Assembly: GCA_030690265.1 (NCBI GenBank)
Contig: JAUYHA010000135.1
Coordinates: 5,737 to 69,736 of the forward strand
Source: Dehalococcoidales bacterium
GTDB lineage: Bacteria > Chloroflexota > Dehalococcoidia > Dehalococcoidales > UBA2162
Length of the DNA stretch: 64,000 nucleotides
Direction of reading: 5' to 3'
Made by a program: the position numbers and the translations under genes
Shown here: positions 18,400 to 28,617 of the stretch, piece by piece
Layout: each line of letters opens with the position of its first letter
Numbering within the stretch: the stretch's first letter is position 1
Notes under the pieces: generated by a model
The model's input: only the letters and a program-made list of their open reading frames with translations
The model's database searches: none
Told to the model about the DNA's origin: nothing

Positions 18400-19626
18400 A
18401 TGGCAGGTGTTCTCGAGGGTCTAAAAGTGGTCTCCATGGAGAGAAACATAGCCGGACCCCTCGCCAGCGCCTGCATGGCTGATTGGGGAGCTGATGTTAT
18501 CAGGGTAGAGCCGCCAACTGAAGAAGAGTCCGGTGGTGAGAGAGGCAGGCCAACAAAAGCCAAAGTAAATCCTGACTTCCAGTTCAGGAACCGGAACAAG
18601 AGAAGCCTGGCGGTAGACCTGAAGAAAGAAGCCGGGCGGGATATCCTCTACCGGCTGGTTCAGCAAGCGGATGTTTTCCTGTCCAACTACCAATCAAGCT
18701 CGCTCAAAAAGCTGGGCATGGACTATGAGAGCCTGAGCCGGCTTAATCCTAAACTCATCTATGCCATTGTTACTGGTTACGGAGCGAAAGGGCCCGATAA
18801 AGATGAGGGGGCTTTAGATAAGGTTGCCTGGTGGGCACGCTCCGGAATACAGGATGTCATCACCGAACCGGGGGTTTCCTCCGTGCAGCAGCCTCCCGGT
18901 CTGGGAGATATAAATGTAGCCATCTATCTTGTTGCCGGCATACTGGGTGCCCTGTTTCACAGGGAAAAGACCGGCCAGGGACAGGAACTGGAACTCTCTC
19001 TCTTCCATTGCGGCATCTGGGGCAACTTCAAATTTATCCTGAACGCCCTTAACGGTTTGCCGGTGCGCAAACCTGACCGGACCAAAGAAGAAAGACCGAT
19101 GCATAATGTCTACCGTACAAAAGACGACCGATGGCTTCTGTTATCGATGAGCACCGACCTCCACTGGACCGTTTTCTGTCGGGCTGTCGAGAGACCGGCA
19201 CTGGAAAATGACCCCCGCTTTAATACTATGGCTGGGCGGAGAGAAAACTGTGAAGAACTGGTCCGTCTCCTGGACGGAATTTTCGCCGCCAGAACTTTAG
19301 ATGACTGGGAGAAACGCTGCCGCGAGCATCACTTAATCTATTCGAAAGTTCAAACCCCGGCTGAGGTAATCAACGACCCCCAGGCCCTGGCGAACGACTT
19401 TTTTGTCGACCTGCCTCATCCTGAAGGAACGGTCAAGATAATAAACAGTCCGATGAACTTCCGTCAAAATCCGGCTTCGGTGAAAACTCCAGCCCCGGAG
19501 CTGGGGCAGCACAATGAAGAGATTCTCCTTGACCTAGGTTACAGTCGGGAAGAGATTACCCGGCTGAAAGAGCAGGGGGTTATTCCTGATAAAAGCAGGC
19601 TGGGAGTCCCTTCCCTGGAAGGATGA
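18400..19626 (+). CDS. family III CoA-transferase (CaiB/BaiF/Frc type), paralog 1
   Basis: MAGVLEGLKVVSME..ADWGADVIRVEPP N-terminus and NRNKRSLAVDLK. Putative active-site region GLGDINVAIYLVAGILGAL. Confidence 0.85.
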   Translation: MAGVLEGLKVVSMERNIAGPLASACMADWGADVIRVEPPTEEESGGERGRPTKAKVNPDFQFRNRNKRSLAVDLKKEAGRDILYRLVQQADVFLSNYQSSSLKKLGMDYESLSRLNPKLIYAIVTGYGAKGPDKDEGALDKVAWWARSGIQDVITEPGVSSVQQPPGLGDINVAIYLVAGILGALFHREKTGQGQELELSLFHCGIWGNFKFILNALNGLPVRKPDRTKEERPMHNVYRTKDDRWLLLSMSTDLHWTVFCRAVERPALENDPRFNTMAGRRENCEELVRLLDGIFAARTLDDWEKRCREHHLIYSKVQTPAEVINDPQALANDFFVDLPHPEGTVKIINSPMNFRQNPASVKTPAPELGQHNEEILLDLGYSREEITRLKEQGVIPDKSRLGVPSLEG

Positions 19627-19674
19627 ACCCTCCGGCACTGTCAAACTATAATTATAGTAAGGAGGCAAAGATAA

Positions 19675-20895
19675 TTGGCAGGTGTTCTTGACGGTATAAA
19701 GGTTATTTCTATGGAGCACTGGACGATGGTGCCTTTAGCCAGTGCCTATCTGGCTGACTGGGGAGCTGACGTTATCAAGATAGAGCCCCCGGGCGGGGAA
19801 CAGTCCCGGGGATTAAAAAGAGCCGGTGGGGTGGAGACACGGGTACAAGTCGGCAGTGTTGAAGTTGACCACTATTTCCAGTTCGTCAACAGAAACAAGA
19901 AGAGTCTGGCGATAGACCTGAAAAAGGAAACCGGCAGGGATATTCTCTGCCAACTGGTCAAGCAGGCGGATGTTTTCATGCATAACTACGAGCTAAACGC
20001 TGTTGAGAGACTGAGGCTGGACTACGATAACTTAAGCAAGGTTAATCCCGGGCTTGTTTATGCTACTCTTACCGGTTACGGTTCAAAAGGGCCGGACAAA
20101 GATGAGCAGGCTTTTGACAACGTGGCCTCCTGGGCTCGCGGCGGTCTGGCTTACCTGATGATAACCGACCCGGAGCTGGGCCCACCCACTCACCCCCACG
20201 GTATGGGAGACAGAAACGCTTCAGTCCATATGGTGGCCGGTGTCCTGGGCGCCTTGCTCCACAAAGAGAGAACCGGCAAAGGGCAGCAAGTGGAGTTCTG
20301 TCTCTATCATACTACTTTATGGAGTATGTCGCGCAATATCCAGGCGGCCCTCAGCGGAGCACCGGAGGACATTATCCCCCGTATCAAGCAGAAGAATGCT
20401 CTCCACATCCCTTACCGCACTAAAGATAACCGCTGGATTATGTTTGCCATGAGCCAGTCTGACCGTTACTGGCCTGATTTCTGTAAAGCCTTAGGGATGC
20501 CGGAACTGGAAAATGACCCCCGGTTCAACAATATGGATACCAGAGGCAAGAATAGTGAAGAGTTAATCCATCTCCTGGATAAAGTTTTTGCTACCAGGAC
20601 GGTAGCGGAGTGGTCAGAGCGCTGCCGGCAGCAGCACCTGATTTTCTCGCCCATTCAAACTCCGGCTGAAGTTATCACTGACCCGCAGGCTCAGGCCAAC
20701 GATTTCTTCGTCGATTTACCTCATCCTGCCGGAGCAATGAAGATATTAGCCAGCCCGACTAAATTCCACCAAAACCCAGCTTCAGTAAGAAGTATCGCCC
20801 CTGAAGTAGGCCAGAACACCGAGGAGATTCTCCTTGAGCTGGGCTATAGCTGGGAGGATATTGCCGGACTGAAAGACCAGGAGGTAATTCCGTAG
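19675..20895 (+). CDS. family III CoA-transferase (CaiB/BaiF/Frc type), paralog 2
   Basis: MAGVLDGIKVISME..ADWGADVIKIEPP, NRNKKSLAIDLK and GMGDRNASVHMVAGVLGAL. It is colinear with paralog 1 over its full length. TTG start with AAGGAGG SD. Confidence 0.85.
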   Translation: MAGVLDGIKVISMEHWTMVPLASAYLADWGADVIKIEPPGGEQSRGLKRAGGVETRVQVGSVEVDHYFQFVNRNKKSLAIDLKKETGRDILCQLVKQADVFMHNYELNAVERLRLDYDNLSKVNPGLVYATLTGYGSKGPDKDEQAFDNVASWARGGLAYLMITDPELGPPTHPHGMGDRNASVHMVAGVLGALLHKERTGKGQQVEFCLYHTTLWSMSRNIQAALSGAPEDIIPRIKQKNALHIPYRTKDNRWIMFAMSQSDRYWPDFCKALGMPELENDPRFNNMDTRGKNSEELIHLLDKVFATRTVAEWSERCRQQHLIFSPIQTPAEVITDPQAQANDFFVDLPHPAGAMKILASPTKFHQNPASVRSIAPEVGQNTEEILLELGYSWEDIAGLKDQEVIP

Positions 20896-20896
20896 G

Positions 20897-22612
20897 TCAG
20901 CGCCGCCCAAATTCCTTTTCCAGTTGCTCTGAACTCAAACGAATCATAGTCGCTCTCCCGTGAGGACAGGTATGGGAATTAGTCGCCTGTTCCAGCTGCC
21001 TTAACAGTTCACGCATTTCCTGGTCGGTTAGCCCTTTACCGGCTCTGACAGCGCTGTGGCAGGCGAGAACCGTGGCTAGCCTCTCCCTCCAGTCACTTTC
21101 AGTTTCCAGCGATAAAGAATCGAGCAACTCTCTAAAAGCACCTGCCCAATCTTTCCGGTGCAGCAAAAGCGGGACGGCTCTAACCAGGTAGCTCCGGCTG
21201 CCGAAGGGTTCGATGTTAAAACCAAACTCGCCTAGATTGACATAATATAACTTGAGGGTTTCATCTTCTTCGGGAGTAACCTCAAAGGTAGCCGGCTCCA
21301 GCAGCCCCTGTACTTCAACCTCTTGCTGTCTGCTCTGCCGGAGAATCTGCTCAAAGAGGACTCGCTCGTGGGCGGCATGCTGGTCGATGAGGTATAGTCC
21401 TTGAGGACCTTCGGCAACAATGTAGGTGCTGGCAAGCTGACCCAGCAGGCGCAGAGCCGGCAGCGAAAGAGACGGGGTTGGTTGAGTTACCGGTGGCGAA
21501 ATACCGGGCAGGGAAGCGATTACGGGCAGAGCCTTTAACGGCTGGTGTGCTGCCGGCCTCCCGTAGGCGATAGCAACATCTTCAATTCTGGGTACCGGAG
21601 CCGTTTCTATAAGAGCCCGCCGCACTGCTTTCTGCAGAGAGCTGAAAATCAGGCGCTCGTTCTGGAACTTCACCTCGCTCTTGGCGGGGTGGACATTAAC
21701 ATCCACCTCTCCAGCTGGGAGTGAAAGATTGATAACCGCCAGCGGATGTTTCCCGGTCATCAGCAGACCGTGATAAGCCTCCTCCACTGCCCAGGAGAGC
21801 AGCCGACTGTTTATCCAGCGGCGGTTGATGAAAAAGCTGAGGTAACCCCGGCTGGAGCGGCTTACTGCCGGTGAGCTGACCATACCCGTTACCTTGAGTG
21901 AGGAAAGTGCCGACCCATTTCCCCAGCCTCCATCTTCGCTGTTCACCTCCAGCATGTTCCGGGCTGTCTCCAGGCCGTAGACTTCAATAATGCTGTCAAT
22001 CAGTCGGCCGCTGCCCGGAGTTCTCAGTATTACTTTGCCGTCGATTGACAGAGTGAACTTGACCTCGGGAAAGGCAAGGGCATACTGGCTGACCACGCTG
22101 GCAATGTGGCTGTTTTCCGTCGCCGTGGACTTGAGGAATTTTAACCTGGCGGGCAGGTTGCGGAGCAGGTTCCGCACCGTCACCGTGGTGCCTTGAGGAT
22201 GCCCCCGGCTGCCCTGGTTAATCTTGACCCCCTCTTTTATACTGAGGAAGTTACCTGCCGGCTCACCGGCGGGACAGGTAACTATCTCCACCTGAGCTAC
22301 TGCGGCGATGCTGGGCAGCGCCTCGCCACGAAAGCCGAGGCTGGAAATTGAGGCTAAATCATCAGAACTGGATATCTTACTGGTAGCGTATCGCTGGAAA
22401 GCCAGCTCTAACTCCGTGGCTGGAATCCCCATCCCGTTATCACTTACACGGATGAGGCTCACCCCTCCACCCCCGGTCTCAACGCTAATCTGGCTGGCTG
22501 AGGCATCCAGCGAGTTTTCCACCAGCTCCTTCACCACCGAAGCCGGTCTCTCCACCACCTCTCCGGCGGCAATCCGGGAGACAACCTGAGGGTCTAAGAT
22601 TTTGATGGCCAT
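20897..22612 (-). CDS. mutL: DNA mismatch repair protein MutL
   Basis: GHKL ATPase N-terminus IAAGEVVERPASVVKELVENSLDA, DNGMGI and GFRGEAL. The ATG at 22612 (MAIKILDP) is preferred over 22648. Confidence 0.9.
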   Translation of the reverse strand: MAIKILDPQVVSRIAAGEVVERPASVVKELVENSLDASASQISVETGGGGVSLIRVSDNGMGIPATELELAFQRYATSKISSSDDLASISSLGFRGEALPSIAAVAQVEIVTCPAGEPAGNFLSIKEGVKINQGSRGHPQGTTVTVRNLLRNLPARLKFLKSTATENSHIASVVSQYALAFPEVKFTLSIDGKVILRTPGSGRLIDSIIEVYGLETARNMLEVNSEDGGWGNGSALSSLKVTGMVSSPAVSRSSRGYLSFFINRRWINSRLLSWAVEEAYHGLLMTGKHPLAVINLSLPAGEVDVNVHPAKSEVKFQNERLIFSSLQKAVRRALIETAPVPRIEDVAIAYGRPAAHQPLKALPVIASLPGISPPVTQPTPSLSLPALRLLGQLASTYIVAEGPQGLYLIDQHAAHERVLFEQILRQSRQQEVEVQGLLEPATFEVTPEEDETLKLYYVNLGEFGFNIEPFGSRSYLVRAVPLLLHRKDWAGAFRELLDSLSLETESDWRERLATVLACHSAVRAGKGLTDQEMRELLRQLEQATNSHTCPHGRATMIRLSSEQLEKEFGRR

Positions 22613-22687
22613 TTCTAATATGTTACACGCTTCCGTGTAAAATGTCAAGGGGGGTTTTTAGGAAATATTTAATAACCTATCCCCCTG

Positions 22688-22735
22688 CCCCTTCCCTTAT
22701 TAAGGGAAGGGGGCGTTTCAGTAAGAGAGGGGGCG
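22688..22735. repeat. PAL-B hairpin module
   Basis: ccccttccctt-att-aagggaagggg (22688..22712) followed by a degenerate agagaggggg arm. It lies between the mutL start and the pcrA stop. Confidence 0.7.
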
Positions 22736-22757
22736 AGGTTTGATAATTCCTAAAAAG

Positions 22758-24935
22758 CTATGCCATCTTTTCCAGGTTGGCGAAGCTGAGGAGGAGTTTT
22801 TTGACGCCTCCGTTGAAGGCGACCACCACCTCGGCATCGTCTTTTACCGGCTTATAGTTTACCACCACTCCGTTGCCAAATTGGGCATGGTAAACGCGGT
22901 CGCCTGCTTTCAACTCCGGAGCACAGTCAGGTGGGGCGGGGGGTTTGTTCCAGGAATAAAGCGAAGCTGCTACCCGGTTTTCGATCGCCGGTAAATCGCC
23001 GTCCGAGAGCAGTTGCCGGGGTATATCTGCCAGGAACCGGGAGGGCTGGCTCACCTGGCTGCGTCCCATCAGAGTGCGACGGAAAGCCCGCACCAGATAC
23101 ACCTTCTCTTTGGCTCTAGTCACGCCAACATAGCAGAGTCGCCTCTCCTCCTCCATCTGCTCGGGGTCATCAAACGACCTGATGTGGGGCAGGATGCCGT
23201 CTTCCATGCCGACGATGAAGACCACGGGGAACTCCAGCCCCTTGGCCTGGTGCAGGGTAATCAGGGTTACCGCCGAGGCGGTCTCTTCAAGCCCGTCAAC
23301 ATCGGATACCAGGCTTACTCCTTCCAGGAAATCGCTCAGTCCTGTCTCGGGGGCTGAGCTGGCATAATCCTGGGCGACGCTACGCAGCTCCAGGATATTT
23401 TCCCAGCGCTCCTCGCCGTCTACCTCGCTTAGAATATACCGCTTATAGCCGGAGCGTTCCACCACCAGGTCAAACAGGTCAACCAGCTTCACCTCCTGGC
23501 TGCGGGCGATAAACTCTTCCATCAGGTTAAAGAAAGAAGTCAGTTGTTTGGCAATATGAGGACTGAAGGTAGCTGGAGATGTAGCTTCTGCTGTTTCGCC
23601 TCTGGCTACCAGTCGTAATGCCTCAAAGAGGGAAATCCCTGAGGATGCAGCCCAGCTGGACAGCCGGGCTTGAGTCTGCGGTCCGATGCCCCGCTGGGGA
23701 ACATTAATCACCCTCATCAGGCTGACGCTGTCATGGGGATTCTGAATAAACCGGAGGTAGGCAATAATATCCTTGACTTCCCGCCTTTCGTAGAAGCGGG
23801 TGCCAGCTATCAGTCGGTAGGGGGTACCGTAGCGAATAAAGGATTCCTCAAGAGCTCTCGACTGGGCATTGGTGCGGAACATCACGGCACAGTCACCCAG
23901 ACTGAACTCGCCCTGACTCACCAGCCGCTCCACCTCATTGACCACAAACTGGGCTTCTTCCTGCTCGGTGTAGGTCTCAACAACCTTCGTCCGCTCACCG
24001 GTTTTATTTTGCGTCCACAGGTTCTTGGCTTTGCGCTGCTGATTAACCGAAATTATACTGGAAGCTACTTCCAGTATAATTTTAGTGGAGCGATAGTTCT
24101 CCTCCAGTATCACCACTTTAGCTTCCGGGTAGTCTTTCTCAAAGCTGAGGATATTCCTGAGGTCGGCAAACCGCCACGAGTAGATTGACTGGTCGGGGTC
24201 ACCAACGACGCAGATGTTGCGGTACTTTCCCCCTAGCTGCTTGATTAACTCATACTGCACCAGATTGGTATCCTGGAACTCATCTACCAGCAGGTGGATA
24301 TATCTCGACTGGTAGCGGGACAAAATCTCGGGACTTTGCCTGAATAGCTGGACTGTTTTCATCAGCAGGTCGTCAAAGTCCAGGGCGTTGCTTTCCCTAA
24401 GCAGCCGCTGATAATTCTCGTAGACTCGCCCCACTACCTCATCAAAATAGCTGCGGCCCCGCTGGAAGTAATCCTTCGGGGTCAGCAAGCAGCTCTTGGC
24501 TGCTGAGATGGCTGAGATGATAGCTCCCGGGGCATATTGCTTGGGGTCGAGGTCCGCCTGCTGAAGGCTGCGTTTAATCAAACTGAGCTGGTCTTCTCGG
24601 TCATAGATGACAAAGTGGGGGTCAATTTCTAAAGCTTTGCCTTCCCGCCGCAGGATACGGGCGCAGATGGCATGAAAAGTGCCCAGGGTTAATTCCGGCA
24701 CCGAACCTTTGACCAGTGACTGGAGCCTCGACGCCATTTCTCTGGCGGCTTTGTTGGTGAAGGTAACCGCCATGATTCGGCCGGGACTGACCCCGCAGAC
24801 CTTAATCAGGTAAGCCACCCGATGAGTAATGACCCGGGTCTTGCCGCTGCCCGGACCGGCAAGAATCAGCGCCGGGCCATTAACCGTTTCAACTGCCTCT
24901 CTCTGCGCCGGGTTAAGTTCTGCCAGAATATCCAT
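22758..24935 (-). CDS. pcrA: ATP-dependent DNA helicase PcrA/UvrD family
   Basis: Walker A AGPGSGKTRV, DEFQDTN, helicase motifs VGDPDQSIYSWRFA and TLHQAKGLEF, and CYVGVTRAKE. 725 aa. Confidence 0.92.
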   Translation of the reverse strand: MDILAELNPAQREAVETVNGPALILAGPGSGKTRVITHRVAYLIKVCGVSPGRIMAVTFTNKAAREMASRLQSLVKGSVPELTLGTFHAICARILRREGKALEIDPHFVIYDREDQLSLIKRSLQQADLDPKQYAPGAIISAISAAKSCLLTPKDYFQRGRSYFDEVVGRVYENYQRLLRESNALDFDDLLMKTVQLFRQSPEILSRYQSRYIHLLVDEFQDTNLVQYELIKQLGGKYRNICVVGDPDQSIYSWRFADLRNILSFEKDYPEAKVVILEENYRSTKIILEVASSIISVNQQRKAKNLWTQNKTGERTKVVETYTEQEEAQFVVNEVERLVSQGEFSLGDCAVMFRTNAQSRALEESFIRYGTPYRLIAGTRFYERREVKDIIAYLRFIQNPHDSVSLMRVINVPQRGIGPQTQARLSSWAASSGISLFEALRLVARGETAEATSPATFSPHIAKQLTSFFNLMEEFIARSQEVKLVDLFDLVVERSGYKRYILSEVDGEERWENILELRSVAQDYASSAPETGLSDFLEGVSLVSDVDGLEETASAVTLITLHQAKGLEFPVVFIVGMEDGILPHIRSFDDPEQMEEERRLCYVGVTRAKEKVYLVRAFRRTLMGRSQVSQPSRFLADIPRQLLSDGDLPAIENRVAASLYSWNKPPAPPDCAPELKAGDRVYHAQFGNGVVVNYKPVKDDAEVVVAFNGGVKKLLLSFANLEKMA

Positions 24936-25037
24936 TCATATCTATTATAGCATTAGTCCCTGTTCAGGGGAAAGCCGAGGTAAAAAGTCATGATTGATAT
25001 GAGCCAGAGAAAGGTTGTAAAATGTTTAAGATTGCAA

Positions 25038-25415
25038 ATGAAAGTTCTCTTTGTCTGTGTCCACAATTCCGGGAGGAGCCAGATGGCTGAAGCCTTCCTC
25101 AATAAACTGGCTGGAGGTCGGTTCAAAGCGCTTTCGGCAGGCACTGAACCAGCCGAAGCCATAAACCCGACGGTGGTTGAAGCAATGCGTGAGGTTGGCA
25201 TAGATATCAGTCACCAGAGACCGAAGAGGCTCACTTTGGAGATGATTGAGCAGTCGGATAGAGTAATTACTATGGGTTGCGGGGTAGAAGGGGTGTGCCC
25301 GGCAGCTCTTATCGAGACCGAGGACTGGGCATTAGAGGACCCGAAAGGGAAAAATCTTGAGCAGGTAAGAAAGATTCGGGACGAAATAAAGGAACGGGTG
25401 GTGAGGCTTATCTAG
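25038..25415 (+). CDS. arsC: arsenate reductase, LMW-PTP (thioredoxin-coupled) type
   Basis: [19 protein letters not shown] carries the CX5R P-loop, and downstream Cys residues are present (GCGVEGVCP). It is adjacent to acr3. Confidence 0.85.
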   Translation: MKVLFVCVHNSGRSQMAEAFLNKLAGGRFKALSAGTEPAEAINPTVVEAMREVGIDISHQRPKRLTLEMIEQSDRVITMGCGVEGVCPAALIETEDWALEDPKGKNLEQVRKIRDEIKERVVRLI

Positions 25416-25465
25416 CACAGCAAATAGTTTCGTTCATCCAGGTAGACGAAAAAGGAACGAAAAAC

Positions 25466-26575
25466 ATGAGTAACATAGAACCGAGGGGTGTAGTTGCCGG
25501 GCTTTCACTGCTAGACCGTTTCTTAACCCTCTGGATTTTCCTGGCGATGGGCTTTGGGGTGGGTCTAGGGTATTCCGTCCCCAGGGTAGCCGACTTCATC
25601 GGCTTCTTTCAGGTAGACACTACCTCTATCCCCATCGCGGTGGGACTCATACTTATGATGTATCCGCCGCTGGCAAAGGTGCGATACGAAGAAATGAGCC
25701 GGGTGTTCCGCGACTGGCGGGTACTGGGGCTGTCTCTTGTACAAAATTACATTATCGGGCCGGTGCTCATGTTCTTTGTAGCCGTCCTCTTCCTCGGTTT
25801 CATCTGGCCGCATTCTGACTACATGGTAGGTCTGATTATGATAGGCCTGGCCCGCTGTATTGCGATGGTTATCGTCTGGAACCAGCTGGCCAGGGGCGAT
25901 ACCGAATACGCCGCAGGACTGGTGGCGTTAAACTCAATCTTCCAGATTCTTTTCTACTCTGTATATGCTTACATCTTCATCACCATACTGCCCGGTTGGT
26001 TTGGTCTGGAGGGCTCCGTAGTGAAGGTCACCATGGGCGAGATTGCCAAGAGCGTGCTCATCTATCTTGGCATTCCATTCTTCGGCGGTATTATTACGCG
26101 CTTCGTCTTTTTGAAGACCAAGGGGCGCGAGTGGTATGAGAGCAAGTTTATCCCTAAGATAAGCCCGATTACGCTCGCTGCCTTGCTCTTTACTATTGTA
26201 GTAATGTTCTCCCTAAAGGGGGAACTTATTGTGCAGATACCGCTCGACGTCGTCCGTATTGCGATTCCATTATTCATCTATTTTGTGGTCATGTTCCTGG
26301 TCTCTTTCTACATGGGCAAAAAGATTGGGGCTGACTATGCCAGAACAGCAAGCATCGCCTTCACCGCCGCCAGCAATAACTTCGAACTGGCGATTGCCGT
26401 TGCCGTAGCCGTGTTCGGCATTGGTTCTGGACAAGCATTCGCCGCAGTCATCGGCCCCCTGATTGAGGTGCCGGTACTCATCAGCCTGGTTAACGTGGCG
26501 CTTTACTTTCAAAGGAAGTTTTTCCTGGTCGAACCCGAGTTGGCAATGGCTACCAATCCCCAAGATAACCAATAG
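25466..26575 (+). CDS. acr3: arsenite efflux permease, ACR3 family
   Basis: 369-aa, roughly 10-TM protein. The block [17 protein letters not shown] is typical of ACR3. Confidence 0.85.
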   Translation: MSNIEPRGVVAGLSLLDRFLTLWIFLAMGFGVGLGYSVPRVADFIGFFQVDTTSIPIAVGLILMMYPPLAKVRYEEMSRVFRDWRVLGLSLVQNYIIGPVLMFFVAVLFLGFIWPHSDYMVGLIMIGLARCIAMVIVWNQLARGDTEYAAGLVALNSIFQILFYSVYAYIFITILPGWFGLEGSVVKVTMGEIAKSVLIYLGIPFFGGIITRFVFLKTKGREWYESKFIPKISPITLAALLFTIVVMFSLKGELIVQIPLDVVRIAIPLFIYFVVMFLVSFYMGKKIGADYARTASIAFTAASNNFELAIAVAVAVFGIGSGQAFAAVIGPLIEVPVLISLVNVALYFQRKFFLVEPELAMATNPQDNQ

Positions 26576-26800
26576 GGTGAGAGTTCGCATGAAAAGTCCA
26601 TGACACTGACATTAAGTGATGAGGACCTGGACAAACAACTTAAGTGATGGAGTTGTTAGATAAACAGTTTCTTGACATAAGATATTGCTGCAAGGATAGC
26701 TTGACACTTTCAGCCTGCCGCTATAACATTAACGGTAGGTGAGACTTCACCTGCTAAATTCAAATCAGCGGGTATTCTGTGTGTGTTGGAGGTGAGAAAA

Positions 26801-27040
26801 ATGGCTGAGAAGCAAGTGGCTATCTATACTACTCCCACCTGTCCCTGGTGCCATAGAGCCAAGGAGTATCTATCCCAAAAGGGCATTCCTTATGCCGAGT
26901 ATAATGTAGCTCAGGACAGGGAAAAAGCCAAAGAGATGATACAGAAATCGGGCCAAATGGGCGTACCTGTTATCACTGTTGATGATGATGTTATCGTGGG
27001 TTTCAACCAGAGCCAGCTGGAAAAAATGCTTTCACAATAG
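26801..27040 (+). CDS. glutaredoxin-like/NrdH-type small redoxin
   Basis: 79 aa with a CPWC active site and GVPVITVDD, indicating a thioredoxin fold. GGAGGTGAG SD before the ATG at 26801. Confidence 0.8.
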   Translation: MAEKQVAIYTTPTCPWCHRAKEYLSQKGIPYAEYNVAQDREKAKEMIQKSGQMGVPVITVDDDVIVGFNQSQLEKMLSQ

Positions 27041-27070
27041 TCTCAGAGTTATATTGCCGGGGAGACAACC

Positions 27071-27985
27071 TTGTATGACTTGATGATAATAGGTGGGGGC
27101 CCCGCTGGACTTTCGGCCAGCATCTATACAGCTCGCAAGCGGCTTAATGCCTTGCTTATTAGCGGTGACATTGGCGGGCAGATAAACCAGACCCTGGGTA
27201 TTGAGAATTATCTGGGCTACCAGTTTATTGAGGGCCCGGAGCTTATCGATAAGTTCCAAACTCAGATGAGTCAGTATCCTATAGACCAGAAGATTGGCGA
27301 TAAAGTATCAAGGCTGGAGAAGATTGAGGGTGGTTTTGAGGCGGTAGCCGAGGCTGGCGACAGGTACCAGTCCAGGGCAGTAATCTTTGCCGCCGGCAAG
27401 AGAGCCCGGAAGCTAAAAGTTCCTGGTGAGACGGAACTGACCGGCAGGGGAGTAACCTACTGTGCTATCTGTGATGGCCCTGTATTTGCCGGGCAGAGAG
27501 TGGCAGTGGTGGGAGGAGGCAACTCAGCACTCGAGGCAGCCCTTGACATGGTGAAAATTGCTGAGTATGTATACCTGGTTTCACTTACCCCGCTGAGCGG
27601 AGATGCCATCCTTATTGATAAGCTTTCAGATGCTAAAAACCTGAGCATTCTTACGGAGCATCAAACCGAGAAAATAGAAGGACAGGATTTTGTCGAGAGA
27701 ATAGTGATAAAAAACCTGAAGAGCGGCGAAAGTAAACAGCTTGATGTTGGCGGAATTTTCATTGAAATCGGCCTGATGCCTAACTCCGAAGCAGTGAGCG
27801 GACTGATTAAACTAAACGAGGCAGGTGAGGTGCCGGTTAACTGCTCTAACGAGACAGAATTAGCCGGTTTTTATGCTGCCGGGGATGTAACTACTGTGCC
27901 TGAGAAACAGATTATTGTTGCCGCCGGCGAGGGTGCTAAGGCAGCCCTCCAGGCTCACCGGTATCTTCAGCGGCTGGCAGAGTAG
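27071..27985 (+). CDS. trxB: thioredoxin-disulfide reductase-like FAD-dependent oxidoreductase
   Basis: GGGPAG FAD motif, redox CAICDG, second dinucleotide fold VVGGGNSALEAA, and C-terminal AAGDV. Confidence 0.8.
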   Translation: MYDLMIIGGGPAGLSASIYTARKRLNALLISGDIGGQINQTLGIENYLGYQFIEGPELIDKFQTQMSQYPIDQKIGDKVSRLEKIEGGFEAVAEAGDRYQSRAVIFAAGKRARKLKVPGETELTGRGVTYCAICDGPVFAGQRVAVVGGGNSALEAALDMVKIAEYVYLVSLTPLSGDAILIDKLSDAKNLSILTEHQTEKIEGQDFVERIVIKNLKSGESKQLDVGGIFIEIGLMPNSEAVSGLIKLNEAGEVPVNCSNETELAGFYAAGDVTTVPEKQIIVAAGEGAKAALQAHRYLQRLAE

Positions 27986-28046
27986 CCTCAGGATGGTTTT
28001 GTTTTCAACTGGGGGAGCACAAGGCTGATTTTTGTCTCCCATTTAA

Positions 28047-28118
<72 letters not shown>

Positions 28119-28136
28119 TTTAGAAGGAGTTTGTTT

Positions 28137-28595
28137 ATGCCTAAGAAAATCCTGGTCGTTAGTCTGCTGGCTTTAAGCCTGCTGCTGTTATCCTGTTATC
28201 CTGAGTTGTCTGCTCAGCAATATGACAAACTGAGAAAAGAATTGGCTGAGCTGGACGCCCGGCGCCAGGAGCTGGAGGCAAAAAACCAGGTGCTGGAGGC
28301 AGAGTTGACTGCCTTTAAAGAAAAGAATACCGAAACACTTACCTATGTTAAGTTTCTAGATAAACTGGTAACAACCCAAAAGTCAGAGATGATTCTGTCA
28401 GGGCAATTTGATGCCCGTTCCTTAATCAGTTCCAGCGCTAATTTGACGAGCTTCGCAGAAAGCATGGAAGACGGTGATATCAATTTCTATCTGGGCCTGA
28501 TGAAACCCGAAAATGAGAGCCAGATTGTTACAGTTTACTACAAGGTCATAGAATACAGCCTGAAGAAAATGAGGCAGAACCTGGAGGAAAGGTAA
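28137..28595 (+). CDS. hypothetical lipoprotein with a coiled-coil segment
   Basis: Signal plus lipobox-like LLLLSCY, followed by heptad-like KLRKELAELDARRQELEAKNQVLEAEL. Confidence 0.5.
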   Translation: MPKKILVVSLLALSLLLLSCYPELSAQQYDKLRKELAELDARRQELEAKNQVLEAELTAFKEKNTETLTYVKFLDKLVTTQKSEMILSGQFDARSLISSSANLTSFAESMEDGDINFYLGLMKPENESQIVTVYYKVIEYSLKKMRQNLEER

Positions 28596-28617
28596 CCAAA
28601 ATAAGGAGAACGGAAGA

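Noticed and set aside
23670-24188. 172-aa ORF on the plus strand
   Set aside because: It is antisense to pcrA, whose helicase motifs span this region.
26590-26780. Short direct repeat ttaagtgatg (x2) and a possible small ORF between acr3 and the redoxin gene, considered as a missing arsR or an operator
   Set aside because: It is too short for an ArsR, has no HTH-like translation in any frame, and the repeat is only 10 nt.
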